Under the pieces are notes generated by a model. That model ran no database searches and was not told the DNA's origin. It worked only from the letters and a program-made list of their open reading frames with translations. A stretch of 63,786 nucleotides of DNA, counting the filler, from Salisapilia sapeloensis CBS 127946 (taxonomy: Eukaryota; Protista; Oomycota): the NCBI GenBank assembly GCA_023334545.1. It is 6 parts of 6 records of this genome, joined end to end, with 100 filler letters (N's around TTAATTAATTAA, not from the genome) between each part and the next. Parts side by side here need not be neighbours in the genome. Positions count along the whole stretch, not along the records: positions 16,980 to 25,978 come from JAADVB010000475.1; positions 26,079 to 27,462 come from JAADVB010001171.1; positions 27,563 to 30,620 come from JAADVB010000792.1; positions 30,721 to 61,630 come from JAADVB010000219.1; 2 more parts are not named here. One strand, written 5' to 3'. A program made the translations under genes and the position numbers. Of this stretch, positions 22,415-34,822 are shown piece by piece. Position 1 is the stretch's first letter. Every line of letters starts with the position of its first letter.

Positions 22415-23743
22415 ATGACTTCGAATGCGGACTCACAGACGAGGAGTCCCAGATCGCCGTCACATCAACTCGGCCCAGTATTTGCGATCTCTCGTAGTGG
22501 CAGCGGTTCGGCAGCATCGTCCTTCAGACGCTCTAGTCGACTAGATGCCGATAAATCCACAGCTTCCTCCTCAGAAGACGACACAATTTCCACGACTTCC
22601 TTAAGTTCAGACGATGGAGCCTCTGCTTCGGAAGCACAAGGCACAGTCATGCCTGCGGTAACTCAGACAGGAGCGCCGACCCTCGCCCCTGCTAATGGCG
22701 ACGAAGAGAATGTCAGCCAAGTTAGTACATCAACAGAAACGCATCATAATAAGTCTTTACCAATGTATTTGGGTATCATGGCTGGTGTCGTGGTTGGTAT
22801 CATCGCTTTAATCTTCGTTTGGCGTCGGCACCAGAAACGACGAAAGCGATATCTGCAAATGTGGAGCACTGATGGGCTAAGTGCTGATTGCCCTGGCTTT
22901 GTAGATCAACCTTCTATTGCTCTATCTCCGATGAATACGAGCAAGCGACGCCAACTCCTCGGTCTTCGGTCTGAGGGCTCTGTCGGCAGTACCGAAAGCA
23001 CACACGAGCTTTCTAGCGGTAAGCAAAGTGATCCATCCTATCTGAAGCCATCAAACGCTTCATTGACATCTGCAAGCTCATTCCGGCCTTCCCAGCGCGG
23101 TCAATCTGCTTCCCAAAGCAGTATGTCGTACAGAATGTCTCGCGATCCGAATGATACAGGTTCAGATTTAGGAATATCAACAAGTAATTCAATGAATGGC
23201 GAGAGAGAGAGAAGTAGTCGTGAGAGGCGTGCCAAGCGAGCACCAAACCTACGTGATATTGGTGAAACTGATTACGACTTTATTTCTGAAGCGGATCAAG
23301 GTGAGCGCACGCCTCCAATGAGTCAGGAAGGCAAGAACATGACACGCAAAAGTAAATCTGCGCGATTTAGCTCCAACTGCCGTCGTAGTTCAAACACTAG
23401 CCTCAGCTCGAGTCGTACGCCATCCCAGTCTTCGCGTTCCAGTAGCGAGTCTTCGACGCCTGGAGAGTTCACCACGATGACACGAATGCCCACGCCAATT
23501 TCAGAATTATATGACAATACGCCGGGAACTCCTCCTTTATCGCAATTGGCAGGTAATCCTGGGACACCGGGAAGACCTCAAGCTCCTCCTCCATCTCCGC
23601 CTGATGGAAATGCGGTAATGACACCAGTAGGAACGGGTCGGCGGGTTACCATCGGCCGAGCGACGACTGGAAGAGGATCACTCGTTCGATGCGCGAGAGT
23701 ACCGTCCGTAACGGATCGAGAGTCGGACGAATATGCATTGTAG
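22415..23743 (+). CDS. Single-pass membrane protein, Ser/Thr-rich, low complexity
   Basis: Long ORF with one TM helix LPMYLGIMAGVVVGIIALIFVW followed by basic RRHQKRRKR. Ser/Pro-rich tails and no obvious signal peptide. Confidence 0.7.
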   Translation: MTSNADSQTRSPRSPSHQLGPVFAISRSGSGSAASSFRRSSRLDADKSTASSSEDDTISTTSLSSDDGASASEAQGTVMPAVTQTGAPTLAPANGDEENVSQVSTSTETHHNKSLPMYLGIMAGVVVGIIALIFVWRRHQKRRKRYLQMWSTDGLSADCPGFVDQPSIALSPMNTSKRRQLLGLRSEGSVGSTESTHELSSGKQSDPSYLKPSNASLTSASSFRPSQRGQSASQSSMSYRMSRDPNDTGSDLGISTSNSMNGERERSSRERRAKRAPNLRDIGETDYDFISEADQGERTPPMSQEGKNMTRKSKSARFSSNCRRSSNTSLSSSRTPSQSSRSSSESSTPGEFTTMTRMPTPISELYDNTPGTPPLSQLAGNPGTPGRPQAPPPSPPDGNAVMTPVGTGRRVTIGRATTGRGSLVRCARVPSVTDRESDEYAL

Positions 23744-23888
23744 TAGCATGAATGTGGACAATATACACGTGCGTGAATATCAAAGAGAATTCAACTCTAT
23801 AATCATTTCTCTTTTCTTTTTCTTTGTTTTGGTGGTCCACATGAATGAATTTTAGACCGTGCATTCTCAACCGCAAAAGGAGGAGACG

Positions 23889-24610
23889 ATGTTGGCATTA
23901 AAGCACGCAACTCGAGCTACTTCGGCGCGCAAAGCTGCCGCGCCAGCCATCGTGCAGTCTCGTGACTTCCACGGAGCTGCTCAGAAGTACGCGGAGGCTC
24001 TTCGTCGCTACGGATGGCGTAAAGTCTTGTGGATGCTGTACAATCCCGGTGATGTCAAATTCGGACACTACGTCGGACAGGATGACGCTGGTAACAAGTA
24101 CTACGAAGACCCGACAGAATTGCACACGATGAACCGCTACACGGAGTACCACCTCGAAACCTTTGAAGAGTTTGATGCGTCCCAGATTCCACCGGAGTGG
24201 CACGGATGGATGCACCACATTACGGATGCCCACCCGAACGATCCTCGACACAGTGTATGCAAAACTTTTTCTTGTCTAGCATAACGTTTTCCTTATATAT
24301 TTGTATTCTATAGCCGGAAGCGTGGCCCCATGTGAAGACGGCGAGCCACTCGGACGCACCGTACACGAACCACTTGGGTCCGGTCCAGAAACCGTACGTG
24401 CCGCACCAGACGTTGGCTCGTAAGCGTGGCTACGGTGTTGGCAGTCTGCTCATGGATCCGCACGAGAAGGACCGTTACTGGTTGCAACCGAACCACCCGC
24501 TTCGCAACCGTCGGCTCAACAACCCTCTCTTTGAGCAAGTGGACTACAACAACCCGGAAGCGCCACCTCAAGTCTCTCGCACGCCTCTTCGTCCGTTGGA
24601 TGTGAACTAA
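23889..24610 (+). CDS. NDUFA12: NADH:ubiquinone oxidoreductase subunit A12 (B17.2) (2 exons)
   Basis: GHYVGQDDAGNKYYE..NRYTEY...DASQIPPEWHGWMHHITD. Intron of about 24255-24313. Confidence 0.93.
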
Positions 24611-25077
24611 GCTTGGAGGGATGGAATTTCTCCCGAGGTCGGGAGGAAGCCAAATATACTGCGATTGATCGAACATTGGGCATTAATCTATTTTTTCTAC
24701 TTGTAAAACTCTAAGAGTTGATGGCTGGATTATAATCGTGAATCTACACATTGACTTCTCTAGCTCTACAACGATGGGTGGCAAGATATCTTCAAGAAGC
24801 AGAGAGCAGACTTTATAGAGCGTTACCCAGTAAACGTTCTGCGTCTTCTGCCTCCATGTCACCAGCTTCATAGTGTTGAAGGCGTCAACATGGCTTTGAT
24901 TAATCCTTGCGACTGACACATAGATCCTACCGGACGCTTAGGAAAAGACGCAAGTATCTATTCCGTTACATTGGATGCAGAAATGGAAAAATTGGATAAA
25001 GTACTTGTCGAAGTAATCATTGAAGGTATCCAGGCGACGTTTCTCGTGCTCGATCCAAAAACTGCTTTCGACTGTCC

Positions 25078-25093
25078 CCATTCTCCAATTTGC
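25078..25093 (+). promoter_or_regulatory. Oomycete INR+FPR core promoter of the CBEL-like gene
   Basis: CCATTCTCCAATTTGC, 45 nt upstream of ATG 25138. Confidence 0.7.
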
Positions 25094-25137
25094 TTCGAAC
25101 TAGTAACTTCGCCGCTACACACCACTCTGCAACGAGT

Positions 25138-25978
25138 ATGAAAGTCACTGCTTTCTCAGTAACTCTGCTAGCATCTTTGACTGCTACTTCTGACGCTCAG
25201 AGTCATATCCGATGTCAGTCCGTTATCGGAGGCAATTGTGGTGATAGTTCTCGTCCTCGTGAGTGGAACTGCTGTAACTATGGATACTGCCAACCTTGGA
25301 CTAGCGAGTACTATCAATGCGTCGAGAAGCCTGATCAATGCACCGATCAAGAAACTGACATTGACTACGCTGGGAACGATCTAGAGACGATCAAGGGCAT
25401 CTATCCGTGGGAATGCTGCGATAAATGCAACGAGAAAGATGATTGCCAAGGATATACTTTCGTCAATGAGAACGATGACGGACAATCGGCATGCTACTTG
25501 AAGTCAGTGATGGATGTCCGGACGCGGGTGGAAGTGAAAGGCGCTGTCTCTGCGCATGCTAATATCCAAGGGGATTGTATTCCGGCTGCAGGAAGTTGTG
25601 GAGGTGATGGTGGACAGCTTTGCTGCGAGGGAGCAAACTACTGCATGCCTTGGACCTCTACCGACTATCAGTGCATCGATATTCCAGTCAGGTGTCCAAG
25701 CCAGGAAACCAATATTGACTACTACGGAAACGATCTCGAAACACTCAGAGATATCTACCCATGGACATGCTGTGACAGGTGCAGTGAGAATGAGCACTGT
25801 GCTGGATACACTTACGTCTACGAAAATGACGACGGGATATCGGCTTGCTACCTCAAGACGGCCATGACCGACGAGTCTCGCGTTGAGAAGCAAGGAGCTG
25901 TGTCGGCCGTCGTGCGCAATGAGCCGAGCTCAGGCTGCGACCAAGCCGTCGGCGACTCGTGTGGTAACTCGGACGGCA
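25138..25978 (+). CDS. Secreted CBEL-like lectin (CBM1-like + PAN/Apple repeats), 3' end lost in gap
   Basis: Signal peptide, then two (CBM1-like C..CG....CC...YC.PW...YQC + PAN DIDY.GNDL...CC..C...C.GYT.V...CYLK) modules and the start of a third. Confidence 0.9.
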
Positions 25979-26078
25979 NNNNNNNNNNNNNNNNNNNNNN
26001 NNNNNNNNNNNNNNNNNNNNNNTTAATTAATTAANNNNNNNNNNNNNNNNNNNNNNNNNNNNNNNNNNNNNNNNNNNN
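25979..26078. other. Artificial assembly linker
   Basis: N44-TTAATTAATTAA-N44. Confidence 0.98.
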
Positions 26079-27075
26079 TTACACTGGGTGTCCAACGACG
26101 TGCGGACGAATTTATGCTGCGGACTACCATGTCTTTCCGGACGACGCTTCAACGTCGCTTCTACGCAAAACGAGGTTTGTTCGTCGGAAGAAAGCTCTAT
26201 GCTGTTGTGGAAATGTGAATGATGCGTCTGCGGATGGTATATCGTTAGCATGACACAACAATGCATCCTCAAGACGTTATGTAGTTCTGGCTATCATGAC
26301 AGAAATATCGCTTCCCGTTATCACTGACAAAGGTCCTGATCAGGAGTCCAGTTTATTCAAATAAGTTCAGGAGCCCATTGCCGTCGTTGCCATCGTGTTA
26401 AGCATGAATCATATTCTTACTGTGGTCTCCATGGCAAAGCAAGAATGCACTTGACAGTACGGGATGCAAGGACGTATTGCACCAGGTTACCGGTAATTCA
26501 AACCTTATCAGATTTGCTGGGAGTCAGGAATCGGCGCGTACACCGTGCTTATGAAATTTAGAGCGGATTAAAGTTATAGCAGGCGCATCGGTTAGTGGTG
26601 AGAGATGCGGATTGAGGATGAAATGTCATGGAAAGTATCCCAAGTGCCGATGAGGTCGAAGCCGTATCAACCTGTACTATATGCTTCTCTATACATCCTC
26701 AGCATGAACACAATTAGGGAATTTATATCCTCCAAGTGAAAGCAATAGCTGCCTATCGGTGAAAAATTAATTCTTTCTAGCACAAAATACTTGCTTAAAC
26801 CCGCTTATTCAAATCTACATTCAAATAGGATGTGCATGAGCACGCCGAATTCCTTCGAGCGCGGAGCTTTTTCATAGCCTAACTGCCGTATACAAAAAAC
26901 AGTCTGATAATTCCGCGAGTTAAGTTATCAGTACTTCGCGGAGGGTGGGACTGAGATCTGTTCCCTCAGAGGGTACAAAGGCTATGCAATTGAAGGGTTC
27001 GAGGGCATAAAATGCCTAGCGCAGAGTGAATTCTTTTCATTTTTTAATCAGCACACTGACAATATAGTTAAAGCC

Positions 27076-27462
27076 ATGGCAGCACAATGGACAGCAGACG
27101 CGTATAAAGACTTCTCTATTGGATGAAAAGAAGGCAGAGTGCAAACGCATTGCAATGGTACTCGTCCATGAAGCTCTCCGGTATTATTAGAAGTTTGATC
27201 GCTCAGGTACTAGAGAAATGGACGACAAACGTTGGAAACCGATCAAGTCGTCCAACAATGTGACCATGTACCGTGAGCGAAAGCCGTCTCAGCGTGTGGT
27301 GAAAGACTCATACACCGATAATGCTGGCTGGCAAATGCCTCGCGTCATCGTCGGTACTGGCACGATCTCGCATAATATTGATGACCTTCTCTACGGTCTC
27401 GCATACGGCGACAACGCAGCAGGCTTACAAGGCGTGAGCTACGCCGGACAGCAGTTGACGAA
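27076..27462 (+). pseudogene. START-FYVE family pseudogene, copy 1 (5' part; rest in gap)
   Basis: Paralogous to 50043..51573 (MAAQWTADAY vs MTTQWTADAY; RWKPIKSSNNVTMYRERK). Frameshift gives TGA at 27124-27126, and there is an in-frame TAG at 27188-27190. Confidence 0.8.
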
Positions 27463-27562
27463 NNNNNNNNNNNNNNNNNNNNNNNNNNNNNNNNNNNNNN
27501 NNNNNNTTAATTAATTAANNNNNNNNNNNNNNNNNNNNNNNNNNNNNNNNNNNNNNNNNNNN
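27463..27562. other. Artificial assembly linker
   Basis: N44-TTAATTAATTAA-N44. Confidence 0.98.
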
Positions 27563-28195
27563 AGGCACGGCAGTCTCGTCCGTCGTACAGGCGTCTCCTT
27601 CGACAGTGCCTTCCGTCAAGTTCATCTCTCTCACGGACTCCGGTGGAGACACGATCGACAGCTTTCTGTGAACAGGGTAGGACAGAAGCGGGTAGTACTC
27701 TTTGACCTCGGCATTGATGCCAAAAGACTCGAACATTTCAGCCGTGTACACTGCAGTCTGGTAGTCTTGCTCCGATCCGCAGATGTGAGGGACGGACGAA
27801 TACGCGTGCTGGTACTCCTTGAGAGTATCCTTGGTAATACCACTCATAAATTCGTACTCGGTGGGGCTTAAGAGGTCTTTCACAGCACTTAAATCCACTG
27901 CAGAAGACTTGTCCATGGCGACCGAATCTTCCACCACGACAGCATCCTCTACAGTCGATTCAGAGGTAGCAAACTTGGGATTCTCATTGGAGCTCAGCAT
28001 GAAGTAGGCCGAGCATGCGAGGACACCGGCAACAGCGATTCCTTTCGCGAATCGAGAGGAAGAGGGAGAGCGATTAGGAATCGGTGTGCCCACCACTTGG
28101 TGCTGGTCACCTTGGAACGTGTCATACGCATCATTCTGATAGTTTCCGTTGGTAAGTACAGGACCTCTCCTGCTTGACGATGGAGACGAAGGCAT
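27563..28195 (-). CDS. Glutamate carboxypeptidase II-like (M28B) peptidase, paralogue A, 3' part lost in gap
   Basis: Type II TM anchor GIAVAGVLACSAYFML, then LKEYQHAYSSVPHICGSEQDYQTA..Y.PLLSYP, nearly collinear with the neighbouring paralogue. Confidence 0.85.
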
Positions 28196-28519
28196 CCTTG
28201 GAAGCAGATCCTTCGCTTGAGCTCGATGCTGCCAACTCGAAAGTGGGTCTCATCTTCGAGTGCTACGTCATTGTTTCTGATTACGAAATGTTTCAAAATT
28301 AAACGAATCATATATCCTAATTGATTTTATACAACTATGATTGGATGTAGAAGTTATAGGTTTCGGCTAAAACTGCCAATCATACATGCACCAGGAACAC
28401 TAATCATCAAACTGAAGTGCCAAAAGACACAATTCATAGATGATAAGTAACCAATTGATCTGCACATCTCCAATGGCTTTGTGCATGCCAGCAATGTATT
28501 TGTATTGCCTTTAGCTTCA

Positions 28520-30620
28520 CTAGTCTTCCAGCAGAAATGCAGCAGCATTTGAAATGGCAGCAGCCACATCGTTCACATGCTTCTGGATGGCTGAGGCATC
28601 ATCATCAAAGGCCAAAGCGTCGTCGATGCCAGGATACGTCGTACCACTGTACCCTTCATAGTATCCTGGCCCGAAGATCGTATGTTTGAACCACTTGCGA
28701 TGGGGAAGTCCGTCCTCCAGTAGCAAATGTCTCTCCACCATCTTGAGCTTCTCATTCAAATGCTTTTGCATCTCTTTCGTTTGGATACTCGCATTGCTCT
28801 CAAACGCCGCGACCTTGGCATGGAAAATTGCAGATGAAATGCTAAATGCTTCAACTGCCGCATAGAGAGCCGTTATGTCCACATCCAGTCCACGCTCCAA
28901 CAGTCGAGTCTGGAAAGTAGGCAGGTCTTGTGCCATCACGAGAGCATAGTTAGAAAAGTCCAGAGGCAGTACCTTAGAAGAGGCTAGTCGCATGGCTACC
29001 ACGCCCCACCACTGTCCAATCGCCAAATGGGTCGCGTACTGCGGATCCGAAAACTTTTCCACGTACATTAAACTGTCCATCGTGCTGTGGTACACTCCGT
29101 AGGCACCTTCCGTCCGATCTGCAGCACTCATAACCGCTGAAGCCACCCCGAGTGTCTGGTGGAAGACCGTGTCGTCCGATCCAGAGTTGAGAAATCCGAT
29201 CATGTAGTCAGGCTGGAGGAATCCATCCACATGTCCTCCGTTCTCATCCTTTAGACGCGTCATGACAGCATCCCACTGGTCAAAGATGCTCACAGCATTT
29301 CCGATGTCCTCGTCTTCTTCGAACTGGATAGCAGGCACGCCCTTTGCTGCATCTAACAGCAGTTGCGTGATAGATGGAAGAGCTGTGGCCGTCACCAGGT
29401 CTCCACTAAACGCGTCAACGTTCAAGTACGCGATAGCATGCTCTTTCAAGTACGATGCATGGTCCTCCGCATACTCCGTAGAGCCCAAAAGAGAGTACTC
29501 TTCTCCATCCCATGACGCTAGTTTGATTGTCCGACGAGGTTTCCAGCCTTCTTCCACCATCCGACCAAAGTTCCTTGCCACTTCCACTAGAGAAGCCGTA
29601 CCGGAGGAAGGATCCACACCTCCACACACCCACGCATCTCGATGGTTGCCCATGAGAACCACCTCTTCTGGCTCTTCACTGCCTTCGATCGTCGCAATGA
29701 CATCCCAAATCGGATAGATGCTATTGTCCATCTCGAGGTCCATGTTCACCTCGATCGAATCGTCTCCAAAGCGATATGTTAGAGGTAAAGCTCCTTGCCA
29801 GTCCGATGGAGCTTGTTCCCCACCCATGGCCTGTAGGATATGGATCGCTTGGCCGTAAGACAGCGGCAGTGCTGGGATTCTCGGAAGCGACTGAGCTTCT
29901 TCGATCGTCAGATACGGCGCGCCTGGTTTGGAAGCAAAGCCTGGCGTAAGAGGATCACCATTGTCGATGGAAGGGTACTGGATCGACCCTCGCTGGAAAG
30001 AGTCTTTCGGACGCATCGGACCGTCTGGGTAAACCTCTCCAACGGCATAGCCATCGTCAGCCGGGTCAGAGTAGATGATGACACCAGCCATGCCGTAGTC
30101 TTCCGCCAGCATCACTTTCAGCCCTCGGAACTGACCTCCATATCTCGTGAGAGCTATCTTGCCTTTTAATGTGATGTTGCGAGATATGAGGTACTCAAAA
30201 TCTTCCGGACGAGCGTAGTTGACGTAGACGATCGAAGCGGTGACGTTGCCAGAGGGAGAATACGCCAGGAAAGGATCCACTGCTGTCGGATCGGTAGTAC
30301 ATGCATCTTCTTCCACAATTCCTTCCTTTAGATTGAGTTCCTGAGTCGCACCAGTGGGAGACACAATCGACAGTCTCTGGTTGATCGGATACGAGAGCAA
30401 AGTTTCGTACTCGACGATCTCTGCGTCCAGTCCAAAGGACTTGAACTGCTCCAGAGTGTATAGAGCTGTCTTGTAGTCCTGCTCCGAGCCGCATATGTGG
30501 GGTTTCGACGAATAGGCGTGCTGGTACTCTCGGATCTTATTAGTGCTCATGCCGGACACGAAGGATGCTTCTCGGCTGCTCAAGTAGTCACTTACGCCTT
30601 GGAGATTGACGGTCAGATCA
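28520..30620 (-). CDS. Glutamate carboxypeptidase II-like (M28B) peptidase, paralogue B, 5' end lost in gap
   Basis: PA domain (YVNYARPEDF, KIALTRYGGQFRGLKV, GDPLTPG). Zn ligand motifs GNHRDAW, GVDPSSGTA, WDGEEYSLLGSTE, YLNVD, YHSTMDS. TfR dimerisation tail ERHLL..GLP.R.WFKH.IFGPG. Confidence 0.93.
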
Positions 30621-30720
30621 NNNNNNNNNNNNNNNNNNNNNNNNNNNNNNNNNNNNNNNNNNNNTTAATTAATTAANNNNNNNNNNNNNNNNNNNNNNNN
30701 NNNNNNNNNNNNNNNNNNNN
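30621..30720. other. Artificial assembly linker
   Basis: N44-TTAATTAATTAA-N44. Confidence 0.98.
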
Positions 30721-30897
30721 GAAGCTAGCTTCCAAACCAAAGTCAAAGCCTAGTCTGCTCCACACCAAAGGTGAATCATACGTGCATGAGTCATGCCTCA
30801 TAAAGTTAAATCAAGTAGACCGAAGATGATGGTATGAGTTTCCATCTTCGAAAGCATTGTAATGAAAAGCATGACTTTTGTCGTAAGTACCGTTGAT
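30721..30897 (+). repeat. 177-bp repeat, left arm of inverted pair (partner 61454..61630)
   Basis: Starts GAAGCTAGCTTCCAAACCAAAGTCAAAGCC and is the reverse complement of 61454..61630. The first 141 nt are identical; there are 3 mismatches in total. Confidence 0.97.
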
Positions 30898-31251
30898 GCG
30901 CCATGCAAACATGCTAATCAATATGACGCTTAAAATCGATATAAATGCTATATATTTGTGTCAGATCACTGCGCAGTCTTGGTTGTGAAGCTGCCATCTC
31001 TCGCATGCTCAATCGATAGATCATGCTAGAAAGCTACATACTATTCTCCCTTTTTACAATGTAGACAAATGAAAATGAGAATCAATCAATCAATACGATT
31101 CACATCGTCAGTAGCTCTGTCAAGTAGACCAGAGTAGCTGTGCGAGTCCACATTGCAGTGATTCTGCCAGAAAAAGACATCAACTAACTTTAGATGATGC
31201 CGTCATCAGGGCGTCATACTCTGTCTCCTTGCATTTCACAAGTGACGTGTA

Positions 31252-33743
31252 ATGAGACAATCCCCTTTCTCCAACAAGCAATCCGTCCAACGAGTTTCTA
31301 TGCTCCAGTCAGGAGCTCCTCGACGTAATCAGAACGCTGCTCTTGAAGATCTCAACCGTCGAGTACATCCTCAGAAACGATTTCTCCCACCGATTGAGCA
31401 GAAGACCATGTACACCGTCAAAGCAATCTTCCCCGTACAGCTCGTTATCGTCCTTTTACTCGGGGCTCTGCTGCTTATCAACAACGATGCTGCCGTGCAC
31501 AGTGACACGAAGACTCCACCCGTGTCAAAAAAGCCTGCCAAAGGACACGTCCGGCCGGTAGTTGTCATCCCTGGCTTTGCTTCCTCCCAGCTCCACTCGT
31601 GGAATCACGTGAGCTGTGTGCATCCAGTCCAGAAGAACCTGTATCGCAATGTGGACGTTGGTGACCGTATGCATGTCATTCTTATACACAAACGCCCTCT
31701 CTGAATACTCAGATCATTTCGCTGCTACCTGACAGGTCTTTGGCTCGACGTGACACGTCTCTTTGCTCAAAATGAGTGCTGGATCCAGTGCATGTCACTC
31801 AACGCAGAGGACCAGTCGGATATGAATTGCAAGCTTCGGTACGTTCATACAGATCTCCTTTAGATCGTGATGATGTTAAGCTTGTCCTTCATAGAGCTGC
31901 TGAAGGGCTAAGCGCAATTAGTGAATTGGACCCTGGTGTTGTGACAGGTCCTCTGTCGACGATATGGAGCAGGATGGGCCAGGACTTGATCGAAAACTTC
32001 CAGCTGGACCCAGGACAACTCATCGTTGCGTCCTACGACTGGCGTCTCCCCCCGTCCAAACTCCAAGAACGCGACAACTACTTCCTCAGTCTCAAGAAGA
32101 AGAGTATGCTCTCAAATTGTGACTCTAGTTGCGTATATAAACTTAATCCTTGTAAATAGTTGAATTCGCTGTGGACGTTCATGGAGAATCGACGGAAGGA
32201 GCCGTGGTGATCGCTCACTCTCTCGGTAATAACATCTTTCGCTACTTTCTAGAGTGGCTCAAGTCGGAGGTGGGTGTCAACCATTGGGAAGAGTGGATCA
32301 GCAAGTACATTTCTACGTACTTTGCTCTCGGCTCTCCTCACCTCGGCAGTCCAGGCGCTCTAGAGCTCATCACTTCTGGTACTACCGAAGGTCTCCCAAT
32401 ATCCCCAAAAGACATGCGTCGCCTCGTCCTCTCTTTCGGTACACAAAAGCATAAGACAACTACAAGTAGCTCTTTGTTAACGCGCAAGTAGGCTCCATCC
32501 TCTCGTTCATGCCCATCGCGACGTTGCCATACGATGATCAGGATTCGGAAGTACTCATCTCCATTGCCCACAAAGATAAATATGGAGAAAAGGTCGTCAA
32601 GAACTACACGACTCTGGACGTTGCTTCGGGAGACTTTTATCGGCAAATGGCTGACCAAGACCCTATCTTTTCCAACCTAGCGATCATCAGGAAAGTCTTC
32701 TACGACAACGATCCGGTCATGGACTTTACCAAGCCATGGGAACGACCGCCCATCAAGCGCATCTATTCGGCCTACGGAGTCAACCTTCCGGTATGCTCCA
32801 CATCACATACACACCACTCTATTATCATTATCATCTACATGTCTAGACCAACTACCGATACAGCTACGAGGACGCTGTTCGAGAGTGGTACCAGTTGACT
32901 GTCCGAGTGGAGGAAGGACAGGACCACGTGTGCAGTAAGACGGGAGATGGCACAGCTCCGTACCATTCGCTCTCGTGGGCACATACGTGGCTTGGACGAG
33001 ACGGATCGGATGTCAACGTCACTGTCGTTCCACAGAGCGTCTACTTTTCGTCCGACCGGACGCAAAAGGCGTTAGCGAAGAGAGATGCGAGTGTGCATCA
33101 CGCTGGCTACAAGCAAGTGAGTGAGCATGAAGGACGCCTGTGTCACGACACTGGCAAAGGATCCACGGGTTTCCTCGGCAGCTTCTTCCGTACGGATGAC
33201 AACAAGAAGATCTCTTTCTTTGAACGGACGGAAGAGGTGAATGGGGAAGAGCAAGTCGTACGTATATCTTAAAAAGCTACTTGCGCATGTACGTCTGACG
33301 TTTGGCTTGTCTAGACGGCCGTGTGGGAGATGGATGGTATGAACCATCGTGAGATGCTGTCTCACCCGATCTTTCTTCGAGAGCTGAGGGCAGAGCTTCA
33401 TCACTTGTTCTTTGACGAAGAAGGACGACCGACTTCAGACAAGGTGAGCCTCGTCGTGTACTCGTGTATGTCTATGTACTTATAATGTGCATTGAAGAGC
33501 AAGCGCCCGCCGGTCATGAACAGCGACTGCTATTGGAATTACGGCGCAGCCAAGTGCGAATTTTCAGAGTATTGCGAGTACAGGTATGAGTTCGGAGATG
33601 TTGTGCTCGATCAATCATGTCGGGTGAAGCCGAATGAACAGCATACGTTCGTGTCTGTCGAGGAGAATAGTACGGATGCTCCGTTGGATTTGATGGATGA
33701 TACATGCGACGCGGATTCGTCGACGTGTCCGGAGATGGTATGA
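31252..33743 (+). CDS. LCAT-family acyltransferase most like plant phospholipid:sterol O-acyltransferase (PSAT); multi-exon
   Basis: VVIPGFASSQL; LWLD; GLSAISELDPGVVTGPLSTIW; YDWRLPPSKLQERDNYF; IAHSLGNNIFRYFLEW (Ser); GDGTAPYHSLSW (Asp); NHREML (His). These follow the Arabidopsis PSAT1 pattern as recalled. Confidence 0.88.
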
Positions 33744-34822
33744 ACGTTCCTTCATAATGGAACGGGTGTAGGAGCTGCTTAAACTATGTAACTAGCCTAT
33801 GCAAACTTAAATGCACTTTCGAGTATTCTTTTAAAAGAAATTTCTGTACGATAGCAACTCTTGTGTAGACAACAGTAGTCGTAGGGGTAGAAGATGAAAG
33901 GTCTCGATGCCAGAGGTGATGCTCTTATTTCAGTTCATTCGTCGCCAAATATAATGCTTGCTGAAGGTTGGTGAAGGGATGTACTTGCTTTCATGCTGAG
34001 CATTTCCCTGCTAGCTCAACACAAATATATCATGTCCGAGTAGCTAGTTCCAGTTTATGGCTGTCAAGATGTGCGTCTTCTGTTTAACAAGTGGGTGTTG
34101 GTGCAAAGTTCAATATGTGAGAGCAAAAAGCATCAGGAGCTAGCCAACGAATACTGTCGATAGCTCAAATCATACTTTGAACATGCATCTGGAAACAAGA
34201 TCAGTCATGGCCAAGATCCTTGGTGATATCGTTCAATATTAAAAGCACGGGCAACAAAAACTGCAGTACAAGGTGACAGCTTTTGTAATCTTAAGGCATT
34301 TGCACCTCTTCAAGCTTAAAAGATAGTAGAGTGCAAGTCTTTAAAGGTTTTTTTTAATCAAAATCTTCGTCCAAGTGACCAAGTTACTAGCGTCAAGTAC
34401 AACTGAGTGAAAGTGGTTCCAGCTTAGATGCGAATGTAGATATAGCCACTGCGGAGCTCGAAATAGTTACCGCACATTCATTGTAATGTAGAATCCTTGG
34501 TAGCTTTCTCATGTGAGAACTAATTCGATGGTCCAGCAGATATGAAAGTGCTCCGAATCAAAGCTTCTGTTCAGTACCCTGCATAAGACATCAGCTGGGT
34601 CCAAACCATTCCACGTGCTTATCATCTATACTTCATTTCCATCCCGATCAAGTCAAGTGCTCCCAAGCAATGTACCCACCTCGGTACCAAGTACTATTAG
34701 AAGTATATTTTGCCAAATGCGTTCACATACTTTGACCTAAATATATCAATCTAGAAAAGCTTTTAGGTACAACATGCTAGTGATGTGGTACACTCGTCAG
34801 CTACAAACACGATAATCGGAGA

